A stretch of 64,000 bases of DNA from Oligoflexia bacterium (GCA_030432875.1 JAUILP010000001.1:39086-103085); one strand, 5' to 3'; shown: positions 30,244 to 40,869, numbered from the stretch's first letter. Translations and numbers: made by a program. Notes: generated by a model not told the origin, from the sequence alone.

Positions 30244-31497
30244 ATGCGCCCATGGGAGATACTTCGCACCGCGGATCCTGATATTTTTAATATGATTGAA
30301 CAAGAGCGAATTCGTCAGGAACATGGTTTAGAGTTTATCGCATCAGAAAATATTGCTTCCCAAGCCGTTATTTGTGCTATGGCGAATGTTTTTAACAACA
30401 AATATGCGGAAGGACTCCCTGCCAAGCGCTACTATGGTGGGTGCGAGGAAGTAGATAAATTAGAGAATCTCTGCATAGAGAGAGTTACGAGTTTATTTGG
30501 TGCGAAATTTGCCAATGTGCAGCCCCACTCGGGAGCACAAGCAAATGCTGCCGCCTTGCAGGCATTCCTTTCGCCTGGAGACCGCATTCTTGGTATGGAT
30601 TTGTCACATGGCGGTCACCTGACACATGGCTCAAAAGTAAATTTTTCTGGTATTTTGTATGATTCATTTTTTTATAAAGTGCATCCCAAAACCGAATTCA
30701 TTGACTATGATCAAGTTGCTAAAACGGCACAAGATGTCGGACCAAAGTTAATTATTGCTGGCGCCAGCGCCTATCCGCGTCAAATTGACTTTGCAAAGTT
30801 TCGTGAAATAGCCGATAGCGTTGGTGCCGTATTAATGGTTGATATGGCCCATATTGCGGGCCTAGTCGCGGCAGGACTACATCCAGATCCGCTACCGTAT
30901 GCCGATGTTGTGACCTCAACAACCCACAAAACCTTGCGGGGTCCGCGGGGGGGGATCATTTTGTGGAACAATGCCGACTATACAGCAAAAATTAATAAAG
31001 CGGTTTTTCCTGGCACTCAGGGAGGCCCCCTGGAGCATATTATCGCCGCTAAAGCTGTCTGTTTTAAAGAGGCCGCGAGTGAGGGCTTTAAGAATTATCA
31101 GAAGCAGGTTAAAGCAAATGCTCAGGCGCTGGCGACAAATCTCATTGCCAATGAATTTAGGCTTGTCAGTGGGGGGACCGATAATCACCTACTCCTGATT
31201 GATTTGTCTAAGACTGAAGTCAGTGGTAAAGAGCTAGAAGCCGCTTTGGGTAGTGTGTTGATAACGGTAAATAAAAATACCGTACCTGCCGAGACCCGAA
31301 GTCCCTTTGTAACGAGCGGCATTAGAATGGGAACACCAGCGGTTACGACCCGTGGTTTGAAAGAAGATCATATGAAAATGGTCGCTGACTGGGTTAAAAG
31401 AGCATATAGTGCAAGAAAAGATGCGGAAAAACTCCGCGAAATAAAAGAAGAAGTGGAAGCTTTAACTAAAGAATTTCCATTGTATGTTAGTTGGTAA
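30244..31497 (+). CDS. glyA: Serine hydroxymethyltransferase
   Basis: [29 protein letters not shown]. Confidence 0.98.
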   Translation: MRPWEILRTADPDIFNMIEQERIRQEHGLEFIASENIASQAVICAMANVFNNKYAEGLPAKRYYGGCEEVDKLENLCIERVTSLFGAKFANVQPHSGAQANAAALQAFLSPGDRILGMDLSHGGHLTHGSKVNFSGILYDSFFYKVHPKTEFIDYDQVAKTAQDVGPKLIIAGASAYPRQIDFAKFREIADSVGAVLMVDMAHIAGLVAAGLHPDPLPYADVVTSTTHKTLRGPRGGIILWNNADYTAKINKAVFPGTQGGPLEHIIAAKAVCFKEAASEGFKNYQKQVKANAQALATNLIANEFRLVSGGTDNHLLLIDLSKTEVSGKELEAALGSVLITVNKNTVPAETRSPFVTSGIRMGTPAVTTRGLKEDHMKMVADWVKRAYSARKDAEKLREIKEEVEALTKEFPLYVSW

Positions 31498-31608
31498 TTG
31501 ATGTGACTGACGGGAACGATTTTATCTAAAGCTGATCAGACCAACAGATGGCAAAAGGGCATAAATCTTTAAAGCAATCCGCAGGACTTCAAATAAGAGG
31601 ATGGCATA

Positions 31609-32073
31609 GTGAAGTGTCCCAGTTGTAGTAATAGCGACACAAAAGTACTCGAGAGCCGCCTGTCCCATGAGGGTAGCAGCGTTCGGCGCCGCCGTGAATG
31701 CATTGAGTGTCATCATAGATTTACTACCTATGAAAAAGAAGAAGGTTTTGTCTTTCAAATCATGAAGCGCGATAAGCGCATTGTCCCTTATGACCGCGTT
31801 AAAGCCTTCACTTCCATTCAAATTGGTTGTAGAAAACGCCCTGTTTCGATAACGGAGATTGAAGAACTCCTGGCAGGAATTGAGAAGCGTATTCAGGAAT
31901 CTGGACAGCGCACTGTTCCAAGCGTCCAGTTGGGCGACATGATTTTAAGTGAGCTTTATAACTTAGACAAGGTTGCTTATATTCGATTTGCTTCTGTTTA
32001 CAAAGATTTTAAAAATCCGCTACAGTTTCTACAGGAGCTTAATGAACTTCTTGAAAGGTCAATAAAATCCTAG
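31609..32073 (+). CDS. nrdR: Transcriptional repressor NrdR
   Basis: CPxC...RRRRECxxC..RFTTYE zinc ribbon plus ATP cone; VAYIRFASVYK. Confidence 0.96.
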   Translation: MKCPSCSNSDTKVLESRLSHEGSSVRRRRECIECHHRFTTYEKEEGFVFQIMKRDKRIVPYDRVKAFTSIQIGCRKRPVSITEIEELLAGIEKRIQESGQRTVPSVQLGDMILSELYNLDKVAYIRFASVYKDFKNPLQFLQELNELLERSIKS

Positions 32074-32139
32074 TTGCCAGCTATGACATTTGATGGATGG
32101 TTTTGGTCGCAAGCGAGCAACGCAATCAGGGGGTGAAAA

Positions 32140-32799
32140 ATGTTTACGGGAATTGTGGAAGCCACGGCAGTCATACAGAGGATTTCCCCTTTTGAAATAG
32201 ACGAAAAATCTAGGCAAGGAATTAAAGCCAGTTTGGAGGAAAGTACAGCCTATGTGCTTGATCTTAAACTAGAGAATCCAGGTCTTTACGCCCAGTGTAA
32301 AATAGGCGATAGCATCGCTGTAAATGGCTGTTGCCTGACAATCACAGCGTGCACTGCCCCAAACCTGCAGTTTGTCATCAGTTACGAAACTTGGGCCTTA
32401 ACCGCATTTTCTCATTTAAAGGTGGGTGATCTCGTAAACTTAGAGAGAGCTATGCTCTTGGAGCAGAGGCTTGATGGCCATTTGGTTAGTGGTCATATTG
32501 ACGCAGCATGTAGAGTATCTGAAATAAAAGAAATGGGAGCTTCAAAAGATATCTTTGTCTGTATTGGCGCAGCTTATAGACCTCTTTGCATAAAAAAAGG
32601 TTCGATTACCATCGACGGGGTGAGTCTTACTATAAATGATATTAATGAGTTACCGTCTGGAGAGCAAGAGCTTCGTTTTACGCTGATTCCTCATACGATA
32701 TCCGTCACACGCTTTAGGTCCGTGCGGGTAGGAACTCTAGTAAACGTTGAGTTTGATATGCTCGGCAAATATGTTCAGCGCTTAATGGAAAAAAATTAA
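32140..32799 (+). CDS. ribE: Riboflavin synthase (alpha chain)
   Basis: MFTGIV, GDSIAVNGCCLT, VNLERA, GHLVSGH, KGSITIDGVSLT. Confidence 0.96.
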   Translation: MFTGIVEATAVIQRISPFEIDEKSRQGIKASLEESTAYVLDLKLENPGLYAQCKIGDSIAVNGCCLTITACTAPNLQFVISYETWALTAFSHLKVGDLVNLERAMLLEQRLDGHLVSGHIDAACRVSEIKEMGASKDIFVCIGAAYRPLCIKKGSITIDGVSLTINDINELPSGEQELRFTLIPHTISVTRFRSVRVGTLVNVEFDMLGKYVQRLMEKN

Positions 32800-32911
32800 G
32801 CCAAATAATCTTTTTAATTGTCTTTCTATGCTAAAACTTATAGTTTCTCGCTAGTCACTACCCACAAAGGGCGTGAATGTCTATGCTATTCAAACACAGG
32901 GTGGACGCAAC

Positions 32912-34075
32912 ATGAGAGAAGCTTCAGAACAGGATTCAATAAACAGGGTTTTGCCTGCAATTCAAGCTATTCGCGAAGGACGGATGGTCATTATGGTGGA
33001 TGATGAAGATCGCGAGAATGAAGGGGATCTTGTTTTTGCTGCAGAACACGTCACACCGGAAAAAATAAATTTTATGGCACGGGAGGGTCGTGGCCTCATT
33101 TGTCTCACGCTGGCCCCAAACATTGTAGAACAGTTAAAACTCCCGCTCATAAGGGAATTACACCATGATCCTGGTGCGCAGTCGACAGCTTTTACGGTGA
33201 GTATCGAAGCTCGTCATGGGGTGACAACGGGGATATCTGCTGCTGACCGTGCGAAGACGGTTTTAGCTGCCATTAGTCCGGACGCTCGCCCAGAAGACTT
33301 GGTTACTCCTGGGCATATGTTTCCTCTGCGCGCGGTGGAAGGTGGCGTGCTTCAGCGGGCAGGACATACGGAAGGTTCTGTTGATATTGCCCAAATGGCA
33401 GGATGCCGACAAGCGGGCGTGATTTGTGAAATCATGAACGATGATGGCACGATGGCTAGACTTTCTGATCTGCGGGCATTTTCCCAAAAACACGGTCTTC
33501 CGATTGTTAGCATTGCTGATTTAATAACGTATCGCCTTCTTAACGAGTCTTTAGTCGAGCAAGTAAGCTGCCGAACTTATGAGTTGCCAGAACTTGGGTC
33601 CTGCGCATCCTACCTATTTAAATCTATCGTCGATAACCAACTTCATATGGCGGTTTGTGTAGGTCTCCAGGGCGACTCATGGGCAAATGAAATCGTAAAT
33701 GTTCGTGTGCATAATGCCCAGCCCTTTAGTGACATATTTGAGGATTTAGGCCATAGGGGGCGGAAACGTTTACATTATGGTATGGAAATGCTTAAACTGA
33801 ATAAACCAGCGGTATTTCTCTATTTGCGAAAAGAAAAAACACCCGATCAGATACGTTCTGATTATGAGAGTTTATTTGAGGATTCTACGTCACCCCAGGA
33901 TTCTCACGCTTCAGATTCGGCCAAAGTCATGGACCAGAGAACTATAGGCGTTGGGGCTCAAATATTAAAGTTCCTTAAAGTCAACAAAATGCGCCTTCAT
34001 TTGCGTTCTCCGCAAAATTTAAAAGGTTTACGGGGGTTTGGTCTGGAAATCGTGAATACTGAAATTATTGATTAA
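32912..34075 (+). CDS. ribB: DHBP synthase fused to degenerate GTP cyclohydrolase II domain (RibBX type)
   Basis: [28 protein letters not shown]; C-terminal domain lacks the Zn-binding Cys residues; ATG 32912 preferred. Confidence 0.9.
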   Translation: MREASEQDSINRVLPAIQAIREGRMVIMVDDEDRENEGDLVFAAEHVTPEKINFMAREGRGLICLTLAPNIVEQLKLPLIRELHHDPGAQSTAFTVSIEARHGVTTGISAADRAKTVLAAISPDARPEDLVTPGHMFPLRAVEGGVLQRAGHTEGSVDIAQMAGCRQAGVICEIMNDDGTMARLSDLRAFSQKHGLPIVSIADLITYRLLNESLVEQVSCRTYELPELGSCASYLFKSIVDNQLHMAVCVGLQGDSWANEIVNVRVHNAQPFSDIFEDLGHRGRKRLHYGMEMLKLNKPAVFLYLRKEKTPDQIRSDYESLFEDSTSPQDSHASDSAKVMDQRTIGVGAQILKFLKVNKMRLHLRSPQNLKGLRGFGLEIVNTEIID

Positions 34076-34118
34076 AATTTTTTAAAAAAAATATCTTATG
34101 CTTTGAAGGAGAACCCCA

Positions 34119-34571
34119 GTGAGCGGTAATTTTCTTGTTTTGGTCAGTAAATTCAATGACTTTATTACACGAAGTCTTCTTGCGGGAGCAGAGGCAGCTT
34201 TTGAATCTCAGGGTATTTCTAAAGACAACTATAAAATAATTTGGGTACCCGGATGTTTTGAGTTGCCGAGCCTTGCGATGGAGGCCGCGAAAACACAGAA
34301 GTTTAAGGCTATTATATGCTTGGGAGCTGTTATTCGTGGCGAAACGACACATTATGATTATGTTGCGGGAGAGTGCGCTCATGGGGTTATGCGTGTTAGC
34401 ATGGAAACCGGGGTTCCGACAATTTTTGGTGTGCTGACGACAGAAAATATGGAACAGGCTTTGGCTCGGTGTGGCGTCAAGGGTGCGAATAAAGGCAGTG
34501 AAGCGGTTCACAGTGCCTTAGAAATGATAAAAGCGAAAAACAGCCTGCGGGAGATTGAAACTTGCTTATAA
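34119..34571 (+). CDS. ribH: 6,7-dimethyl-8-ribityllumazine synthase
   Basis: [30 protein letters not shown]; GAAGGAG RBS. Confidence 0.97.
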   Translation: MSGNFLVLVSKFNDFITRSLLAGAEAAFESQGISKDNYKIIWVPGCFELPSLAMEAAKTQKFKAIICLGAVIRGETTHYDYVAGECAHGVMRVSMETGVPTIFGVLTTENMEQALARCGVKGANKGSEAVHSALEMIKAKNSLREIETCL

Positions 34572-34984
34572 ATCCCATCTCTGAGGCAAGAAATCACACG
34601 ATTCAGTTTCTTTACCAGAGTGAGCAAGGAAAGCTCACCTATTTTTCTGAAGGGCATTTTGTGGAATTTGCCAAAGAGTTTATCGAAAATTCTGAAGTGA
34701 CCGAAAAATGTCGTGAATTTTGTTTGGGTACTTTAGAAAATCTTGATAAAATAGATATTCTGATTGAAAAATTTTTAAAAAACTGGCGATTTGACCGACT
34801 TTCTGTGCTGGACCGCAGTATATTAAGACTGGCAACCTATGAACTGACACAGTCTTCAGTCCCCAGTAAAGTGGCCATCAACGAGGCAGTTGAACTGGCA
34901 AAAAAATATGGTGGGGAAGACTCCTTTAGCTTTATCAATGGGGTTCTGGACCCTCTTGCGAGCGCTGTTCGAAGTAAAATTTAG
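34562..34984 (+). CDS. nusB: Transcription antitermination factor NusB
   Basis: [33 protein letters not shown]; follows ribH. Confidence 0.95.
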   Translation: MLINPISEARNHTIQFLYQSEQGKLTYFSEGHFVEFAKEFIENSEVTEKCREFCLGTLENLDKIDILIEKFLKNWRFDRLSVLDRSILRLATYELTQSSVPSKVAINEAVELAKKYGGEDSFSFINGVLDPLASAVRSKI

Positions 34985-35029
34985 ACGTTCTTGCATTTTG
35001 ATATCAGCTGAACTCAGCGAAAGTAATTT

Positions 35030-35701
35030 ATGACATCAGATTTCTCAGCAACTAAGCTCGACAAAGATGAACCTCGTTTGGAATTTGTTTCTAGTTCTGC
35101 AAATGCTGATTCCACGGAGGCTGGACTTTTACAAAAAGTACCAAATGTTGTCTTAGAATCAGAATTGAAACCGCAAAAAATTGCTTTGATGGTCTCAAAC
35201 ATAGAAGAATTAAATCATAACGGCATTAATTTTTACGCGTGTTTGGGTAAAGGTGCCCTCAAGTATTCAACCTTACTCGAGCGACCTCTATTGATATCAG
35301 AAGTCTATAATCGCTTTGATTATTATGGGCTGGATGTCGAAAATGGCGTTTTATGGTGGTCCGGAGATAAAGTATCAGACCCCTCCCTTAGCGACCTGTA
35401 TATTTTTCCATTCTGTAATTTTTCTGATGACGCGGTAAATGAGTACATTCATCAAATTAAAAACATCATGATTTCTAATCCTACGCCTAAGGTTGGGGTT
35501 CGTCTCGCACCGCAGCTTTTTAGTCAGGATGCTGCTACAAAAATTCTCACAGAGTTGCTCCTTTTTTTCTACAGTCAAAGAAAAGTTACGCAATTTTTTT
35601 TCGTACAAGAAAATAAAGTATTTATGGAAATGCTTAATGTCGCGAGTAAAGTAAGACAAAAGTTGGTCAGTGAAGGTTTTGAGTTGAGTATCCATCACTA
35701 A
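35030..35701 (+). CDS. Hypothetical protein
   Basis: 223-aa ORF filling the nusB-dapF gap in the same orientation. Confidence 0.65.
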   Translation: MTSDFSATKLDKDEPRLEFVSSSANADSTEAGLLQKVPNVVLESELKPQKIALMVSNIEELNHNGINFYACLGKGALKYSTLLERPLLISEVYNRFDYYGLDVENGVLWWSGDKVSDPSLSDLYIFPFCNFSDDAVNEYIHQIKNIMISNPTPKVGVRLAPQLFSQDAATKILTELLLFFYSQRKVTQFFFVQENKVFMEMLNVASKVRQKLVSEGFELSIHH

Positions 35702-35739
35702 ATTATAAAACGACTAGGTTCTCGGTAAAAATAAATAAT

Positions 35740-36699
35740 ATGTGGACGCGGTTTGAAAAATGGCAGGGAACAGGCAATGATTTTATCATTACCTGGAATG
35801 ACCTCGCCATAAAAGATTCTTTTAATGCAAAGCTGGCTGGCTTAGCCCCTAATTTGTGCTTGCGCAGTGGAACCGGCATCGGCGCAGATGGTTTGTTAAA
35901 CATTTTTTATTCCCCTGAACACATCAATAACCCCCTTCATTTAAGTATCATAAATAGCGATGGGTCTTTTGCTGTTACCTGTGGCAATGGGTTACGTGTT
36001 GCTGCTTTAGCTGCGCGTCGGTTTCGTGAGGGCATGGGAATGGCTGACGATAAAAATAAGAGCCAAGACTTTGTACTCAAGGGCGGGCGACTTGTTTCTT
36101 GTTATGTCGAGTCCATGGAGTTTCCTCGGGGATTTGTCACGGTAGATATGGGGTATGCAAAAATAAACCTTCAGAATAGCTGGCATACTGCCGCAATTGA
36201 TCAAGCTCACGCCATAGCAAATAGCTTGGGTTTGGGGTCTCGGATTAAAAACTGCTATACCTGTGAGATTGGCAATAATCATATCGTAATTTTTGTGGAT
36301 GGGGCGAGCGCAGATCTTGCCCGTATTTTAGGGCCTGCCCTACAAAACATCGGTGGTCTAGATGGTATAAATGTCCATATTGTTCATAAAGATTCAGAGA
36401 AAGTGAGTTCCAGCAATAACATACCTGAAACACTCAGAGATCGCTTGACTCCTCACACCTATATTACACATACCTGGGAACGTGGCGCCGGGCTCACGGG
36501 CGCATGTGGTAGTGGTGCTTGTAGTGTGGGGTTAGTATCTCAAGATTTGGATCCAAAGGCAGAAAATTTCTGGTCAGTGATAAAGATGCCAGGAGGTTTT
36601 TTGTATGTGAAAGTAGACCGTCGTCAGCAGGGAAATGGGGCTATACTTTCGGGTGAAGGGAAATTTGTCTATGCGGGCAAATTTTTAACTGATGGATAA
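35740..36699 (+). CDS. dapF: Diaminopimelate epimerase
   Basis: GTGNDF, GIGADG, NSDGS, CGNG, ERGAG.T.ACGSG, MPGG. Confidence 0.93.
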   Translation: MWTRFEKWQGTGNDFIITWNDLAIKDSFNAKLAGLAPNLCLRSGTGIGADGLLNIFYSPEHINNPLHLSIINSDGSFAVTCGNGLRVAALAARRFREGMGMADDKNKSQDFVLKGGRLVSCYVESMEFPRGFVTVDMGYAKINLQNSWHTAAIDQAHAIANSLGLGSRIKNCYTCEIGNNHIVIFVDGASADLARILGPALQNIGGLDGINVHIVHKDSEKVSSSNNIPETLRDRLTPHTYITHTWERGAGLTGACGSGACSVGLVSQDLDPKAENFWSVIKMPGGFLYVKVDRRQQGNGAILSGEGKFVYAGKFLTDG

Positions 36700-36752
36700 A
36701 TAACCCGCGATTATTTTTGAGTTAAAAATTATTAAGATATAGAGAAGAATGT

Positions 36753-37493
36753 ATGCCTCTAAAACAAAGCCTCTTTAAAGAGTTTGACGTAAAAAAACTG
36801 CTGCCTATTGTCAATGCTTTGCGCGGATATCACGGACACCGAGTCATTGGTATGGATAATATTCCTGCTAAAGGTGGGGCGCTCGTCGTGAGTAACCACT
36901 CCTTGGCTACCTACGATATGATGTTACTTTATGGGGCGATACTCCAAGAAAGAAATCGTTTGGTTCGTCCCCTTATGGACCGTTTATTTACAAAAATACC
37001 CTTTGTGGGTGAATTTGCCGAATCTTTAGGTGCACGCGTTGGCAACCAGCGTAATGGTAAAATTTTGCTGGACCAAGGTGAGCTGATTAGTGTGGCTCCA
37101 GGAGGCATGCAAGAAGCGCTTCGCCCTTCTGAACAAAAATATCACCTCATGTGGGAAAAACGAAAGGGATTTGTGCGTCTTGCCATTCAGTCAGGTGCAC
37201 CCATCATCCTAGCCGCTTGTCCTCGAGCGGATGATATTTATGATGTTTATCCTAGTAAAATTACTGAGGCTGCCTATAAAACTTTCAAAATCCCCCTACC
37301 CTTACTTAGAGGTGTCGGCCTTACTTTTTTACCCAAACCCGTCGAGTTAATTCATGTCGTTGGCGAGCCACTAAGTCCTCCAAAAGAAGTGCGTGGAGCC
37401 AAAAAAAAGCAGGAACAAATCGATGAATTTCATGCTTTTGTTGTTAAGAAAATGGAAGATTTAATGGCGAAGGCATTGAAGGTGAATACCTAG
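36753..37493 (+). CDS. Lysophospholipid/diacylglycerol acyltransferase family protein
   Basis: NHSLATYD (HxxxxD), PGGMQEA, RKGFVRLAIQSGAPII. Confidence 0.85.
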   Translation: MPLKQSLFKEFDVKKLLPIVNALRGYHGHRVIGMDNIPAKGGALVVSNHSLATYDMMLLYGAILQERNRLVRPLMDRLFTKIPFVGEFAESLGARVGNQRNGKILLDQGELISVAPGGMQEALRPSEQKYHLMWEKRKGFVRLAIQSGAPIILAACPRADDIYDVYPSKITEAAYKTFKIPLPLLRGVGLTFLPKPVELIHVVGEPLSPPKEVRGAKKKQEQIDEFHAFVVKKMEDLMAKALKVNT

Positions 37494-37839
37494 GGTCATT
37501 AAACCTACCCCCCGCTAATTTGTTGGCTTTACTATTGACTCTAAGTCAACAGGTTGTATAAAAAATCAGCGCCAAGGCTCCCTATGGCTTCTGCATTCCT
37601 CTAAATTTAAAGGTTAGCGTAAATATAGAATGTCTTATAAAAAGGAGAATTAAGAAAAGGCTACCTTACACTTAAGATTATTTATTGAATGAGCATGGAA
37701 TTACATTTCCCCTGATTGGGTGAGTTAACCCAAATCATAATTAAAAAATTATTGTAGTTAAATTAGACAGGTGCCTAAAAAATCAAATTTTCAGCCCTAA
37801 TTTGATGAGGGGTTGGAGGCGGCATTATTCTAAAATCAC

Positions 37840-37866
37840 TAAATTTTTAGGGCCTCCTCCCGATGG
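37840..37866 (+). promoter_or_regulatory. Sigma28-like promoter
   Basis: TAAAT-N14-CCCGATGG. Confidence 0.4.
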
Positions 37867-37879
37867 AATAATATTTGCA
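37864..37879 (+). promoter_or_regulatory. Sigma54-like -24/-12 promoter
   Basis: TGGAATAATATTTGCA (GG-N10-GC), 50 nt before ATG 37929. Confidence 0.5.
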
Positions 37880-37928
37880 AGTTCTATTCATCAATCAATT
37901 TGACAACCTTTTGGCAAGGATTAAGGGT

Positions 37929-38747
37929 ATGAACATTTGGCTCGCAATTATTTTTTTTTCAGGCGTAGCCTTTTATGGGTGCGGTAAGGAAGGCTCTGAC
38001 AACAAAAGGGATAATGGGAAACAACCACCCCCAAGTGTCAGTGATGATAGTACTGCCGCCCCAGGAGAAGACCCCCTTCCAGAAATTCAGAATGAAATTA
38101 TAAATGAAACATCAAGTAATGAAGAACCCGCTCCAGTCACTACCGCGACCAGGATAGATGATATTTCTGGAGACCTACCGAAAGCCCGCGTTTGTAAGAC
38201 ATTTATAGCACCTGATGGAAAACTCGGAAAATATGGAAAACTTATCGCCGCCAATATTTTAGATGTTGATCTCCCTGGTATGAATAAAAAATACAATTTT
38301 TTAAAAAATGAGCGTAACTATTATTTAGATTCTTCTCGGGATGCATTTTCTACCAGGGGCAATTTCCTTAGTTATTGCCCCAAATTTGACTCATTAGTGG
38401 ATGAAGACAAGGCATTTGTTTGGGCGTGGTTTTATGGAGCTTTAGCGCATCAAGAGTCTTCTTGCAATGAGACGAGCGTAGGATCCGGTGGAAGCCCAAT
38501 TGGGCTTTTGCAGTTGGATAAATATAGCGGACGCTATTGGCGCGGTGGACCTTGTGCAGATCAAAATGCTGACATGAAAAATGGCTTTGATAACGTATCG
38601 TGTGGTCTTTGGATTATGAAGGACATGATCAAGGGAAAGCTTTATGGTGATCAATCAATATTAGGGGATGGCGGATATTGGGAGCCACTATATTATCATT
38701 GGTCACAGCGATGGGGTGACTATTTTCCGCCTGAGAAGTGCCTTTAA
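37929..38747 (+). CDS. Lipoprotein with lysozyme-like/SLT lytic transglycosylase domain
   Basis: Lipobox FYGC, Pro/acidic linker, ALAHQESSCN (catalytic ES), GLLQL; ATG 37929 after AAGGG. Confidence 0.72.
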   Translation: MNIWLAIIFFSGVAFYGCGKEGSDNKRDNGKQPPPSVSDDSTAAPGEDPLPEIQNEIINETSSNEEPAPVTTATRIDDISGDLPKARVCKTFIAPDGKLGKYGKLIAANILDVDLPGMNKKYNFLKNERNYYLDSSRDAFSTRGNFLSYCPKFDSLVDEDKAFVWAWFYGALAHQESSCNETSVGSGGSPIGLLQLDKYSGRYWRGGPCADQNADMKNGFDNVSCGLWIMKDMIKGKLYGDQSILGDGGYWEPLYYHWSQRWGDYFPPEKCL

Positions 38748-38765
38748 GTTGATTTATATTTCTTA

Positions 38766-38798
38766 GTCCGGGAAATAGTATCCCGGATATGGTTTTTT
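38766..38798 (+). terminator. Probable intrinsic terminator
   Basis: GTCCGGGA-aatagta-TCCCGGAT followed by ATGGTTTTTT. Confidence 0.5.
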
Positions 38799-39008
38799 CA
38801 TCATACTCAGCCGTATCGACAGCTATCCTGCAGAAGAGGGATCTTTAGATAAAAATAGTATTCGATCGGCAGAAGGTACCGTCTCACCACAAAGAACGCG
38901 CCCAGATTTGACGCCTCAAAAAATCTATAGGCCTATATGGACCGATCTAACGATTAAAAAAACAGAAATATCCTAAGCTAAACAAGGTCAAAGAGCGGAC
39001 AACGCTCT

Positions 39009-39395
39009 CTAGGACTCCTGGAGATATTTTTGGTAAGCCGTAGTGTCCAGTAAGCTGCTTTGTTCTTCAGGTTTGCTGATTTTTACTTTGAGCAGCCAGC
39101 CTTCATTAAAAGCATCAGTTTGTAGTTTTTCAGGGTTTTTTAGCATGGCTTCGTTGCGCTCGACAACTTCTGCCGTCATGGGCATATATAAATCCGAGAC
39201 CGTTTTGGTAGACTCAATGGTCCCAAAAGGCGCGCCGGAGGAGTATGTTTTACCTACAGCGGGAAGCTCTAAAAAAACGATATCCCCAAGTTGTTCAATA
39301 GCAAAAGAAGAAACGCCCACTAAACCTGTATTGTCGGGTCCAATCTTTATCCACTCATGATCTTTAGAGAATTTTACATCGCTTGGAAAATCCAT
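39009..39395 (-). CDS. gcvH: Glycine cleavage system H protein
   Basis: DHEWI, QLGDIVFLELP, IESTKTVSD (lipoyl Lys), GWL. Confidence 0.96.
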   Translation of the reverse strand: MDFPSDVKFSKDHEWIKIGPDNTGLVGVSSFAIEQLGDIVFLELPAVGKTYSSGAPFGTIESTKTVSDLYMPMTAEVVERNEAMLKNPEKLQTDAFNEGWLLKVKISKPEEQSSLLDTTAYQKYLQES

Positions 39396-39453
39396 ATCTA
39401 CGCACTCCCTGTAAAATAAATGAAAGTGATACCACTCAAACGCCTAAGAAATA

Positions 39454-40566
39454 TTAATCCTTTGTTTTTGCCGTGTATAGGGGCTTTTTAACGATCCGGG
39501 CTCTTTTTTTCTGATCCCGGATATCGATGTAAATTTCGGAGCCAACCTTTAAGTCTTCAATATTATCAACAAAAACCATGCCTCCGTTGACGCCTAAGGA
39601 TGGAAGAACTCCGGCACTTGTGACTGTGCCGACACGTGTGTCATTCCAAAAAACGGACATATGGCTTCGGGCAATCCCAGGTTCATCCATAACAAAAGCA
39701 AGTAGTTTGTGTGGAATGCTCCCTTTTTGCTTGAGTAGAGCATCTTTTCCGCAAAAATTAGCTTTGTCGAGTTTAGTCGCCCAAGCGATACCGGCCTCGA
39801 GGGGGGTAACTTCTGCATTCATATCCTGTCCGTAAAGAAGATAACAGGCTTCAAGTCTTAGGGAGTCCCGAGCAGCTAAACCAATGGGTTTGGGTGTTCC
39901 GACGGGACTTTTAAGAAGATTGTTCCAAAGGGTTTCTACTTTATCAGGAGCAACATAAATTTCGTAACCCAGCTCTCCTGTATAACCAGTTCTTGCGATA
40001 TAGCCCGGACTTCCCTCAAAAGAAAATTCCATGATGTGGGTGTAACTAAGCTGCTCAACAGATTTTTTTAATTCAGGGTCTTTTAAGGTGTCAAGCAGTG
40101 TTTGCCGACTTGTTGGTCCCTGCACAGCCACCTGCGCCCACTGACATGACTCATTTGTAACAGAGACATCAAACTTTTTTGCGAGCTCTTTAAGCCAGTT
40201 AAAATCTTTAGCAACATTTGCAGCATTTACACAAATAAAAAACTCTTGGTCGCCAAGGCGGTAAACAATAAGATCATCGATGATGCCGCCTTGTTCATTG
40301 AGGGTTGCGCTATATTGACCCGCACCATTTGCGAGTTTGCTTGCATCGTTTATCGTCGCGTATTGGATAAAGGCTAGGGCATCTTTTCCCTTAACTCTAA
40401 CTTCTCCCATATGACTGACATCAAATAAACCCGTCTGTGATCTGACATGTAAGTGCTCTTCGATAACAGATCCGTAGCGAATGGGCATCATCCAACCAGA
40501 AAAATCTACCATTTTCCCGCCTAAAGCAGTGTGGCTCGCAAATAAAGGGGTGTTTGAGGGTGTCAT
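39454..40566 (-). CDS. gcvT: Glycine cleavage system aminomethyltransferase T
   Basis: FDVSHMG, GIIDD, VNAAN, RTGYTGELGYE, GLAARDSLRLEA. Confidence 0.97.
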   Translation of the reverse strand: MTPSNTPLFASHTALGGKMVDFSGWMMPIRYGSVIEEHLHVRSQTGLFDVSHMGEVRVKGKDALAFIQYATINDASKLANGAGQYSATLNEQGGIIDDLIVYRLGDQEFFICVNAANVAKDFNWLKELAKKFDVSVTNESCQWAQVAVQGPTSRQTLLDTLKDPELKKSVEQLSYTHIMEFSFEGSPGYIARTGYTGELGYEIYVAPDKVETLWNNLLKSPVGTPKPIGLAARDSLRLEACYLLYGQDMNAEVTPLEAGIAWATKLDKANFCGKDALLKQKGSIPHKLLAFVMDEPGIARSHMSVFWNDTRVGTVTSAGVLPSLGVNGGMVFVDNIEDLKVGSEIYIDIRDQKKRARIVKKPLYTAKTKD

Positions 40567-40778
40567 GGGAAGTCCTTCATTTCAAATAATGTTTACATAA
40601 ATGTAATGACCAACTCTTCGTGTCGTCTAGTCGCTTGAAGTTGATTTTGGGCTTTTATCTTTTGGGCTAAATTATATTTGCTGCTGAAAAAGCCCTGGGA
40701 TGACTAAAGTCCTGTCAACTGTATTGAGTCTATACACCTAATCTGAAAAGAAAACATAAAAATTCAGTTGCTTATCTA

Positions 40779-40794
40779 TGGAATGGCTTATGCA
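40779..40794 (+). promoter_or_regulatory. Sigma54-like -24/-12 promoter
   Basis: TGGAATGGCTTATGCA (GG-N10-GC), about 75 nt before ATG 40870. Confidence 0.4.
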
Positions 40795-40869
40795 TTAGCT
40801 TTGCCACAAGAGATTAATCGTCTTTCTTGCTTGAGCGATTCATTTACACTGCTGTTACGGAGAAGAATT

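Noticed and set aside
31500-31608. GTGACTGACGG resembling the 5' end of a ZMP/ZTP riboswitch
   Set aside because: No GTGG/CCAC-GGGAGC or CGCCTGGGC elements, and it lies downstream of glyA rather than upstream.
32074-32139. FMN riboswitch before ribE
   Set aside because: Spacer is only 66 nt and lacks the consensus.
39043-39360. 105-aa + strand ORF, and similar antisense ORFs over secA, purL, ribH, pyrG, lptA and napA
   Set aside because: Shadow ORFs opposite well-supported genes.
40567-40770. Glycine riboswitch upstream of gcvT
   Set aside because: No GGAGA...CCGAAG...CTCTCAGG core on the minus strand.
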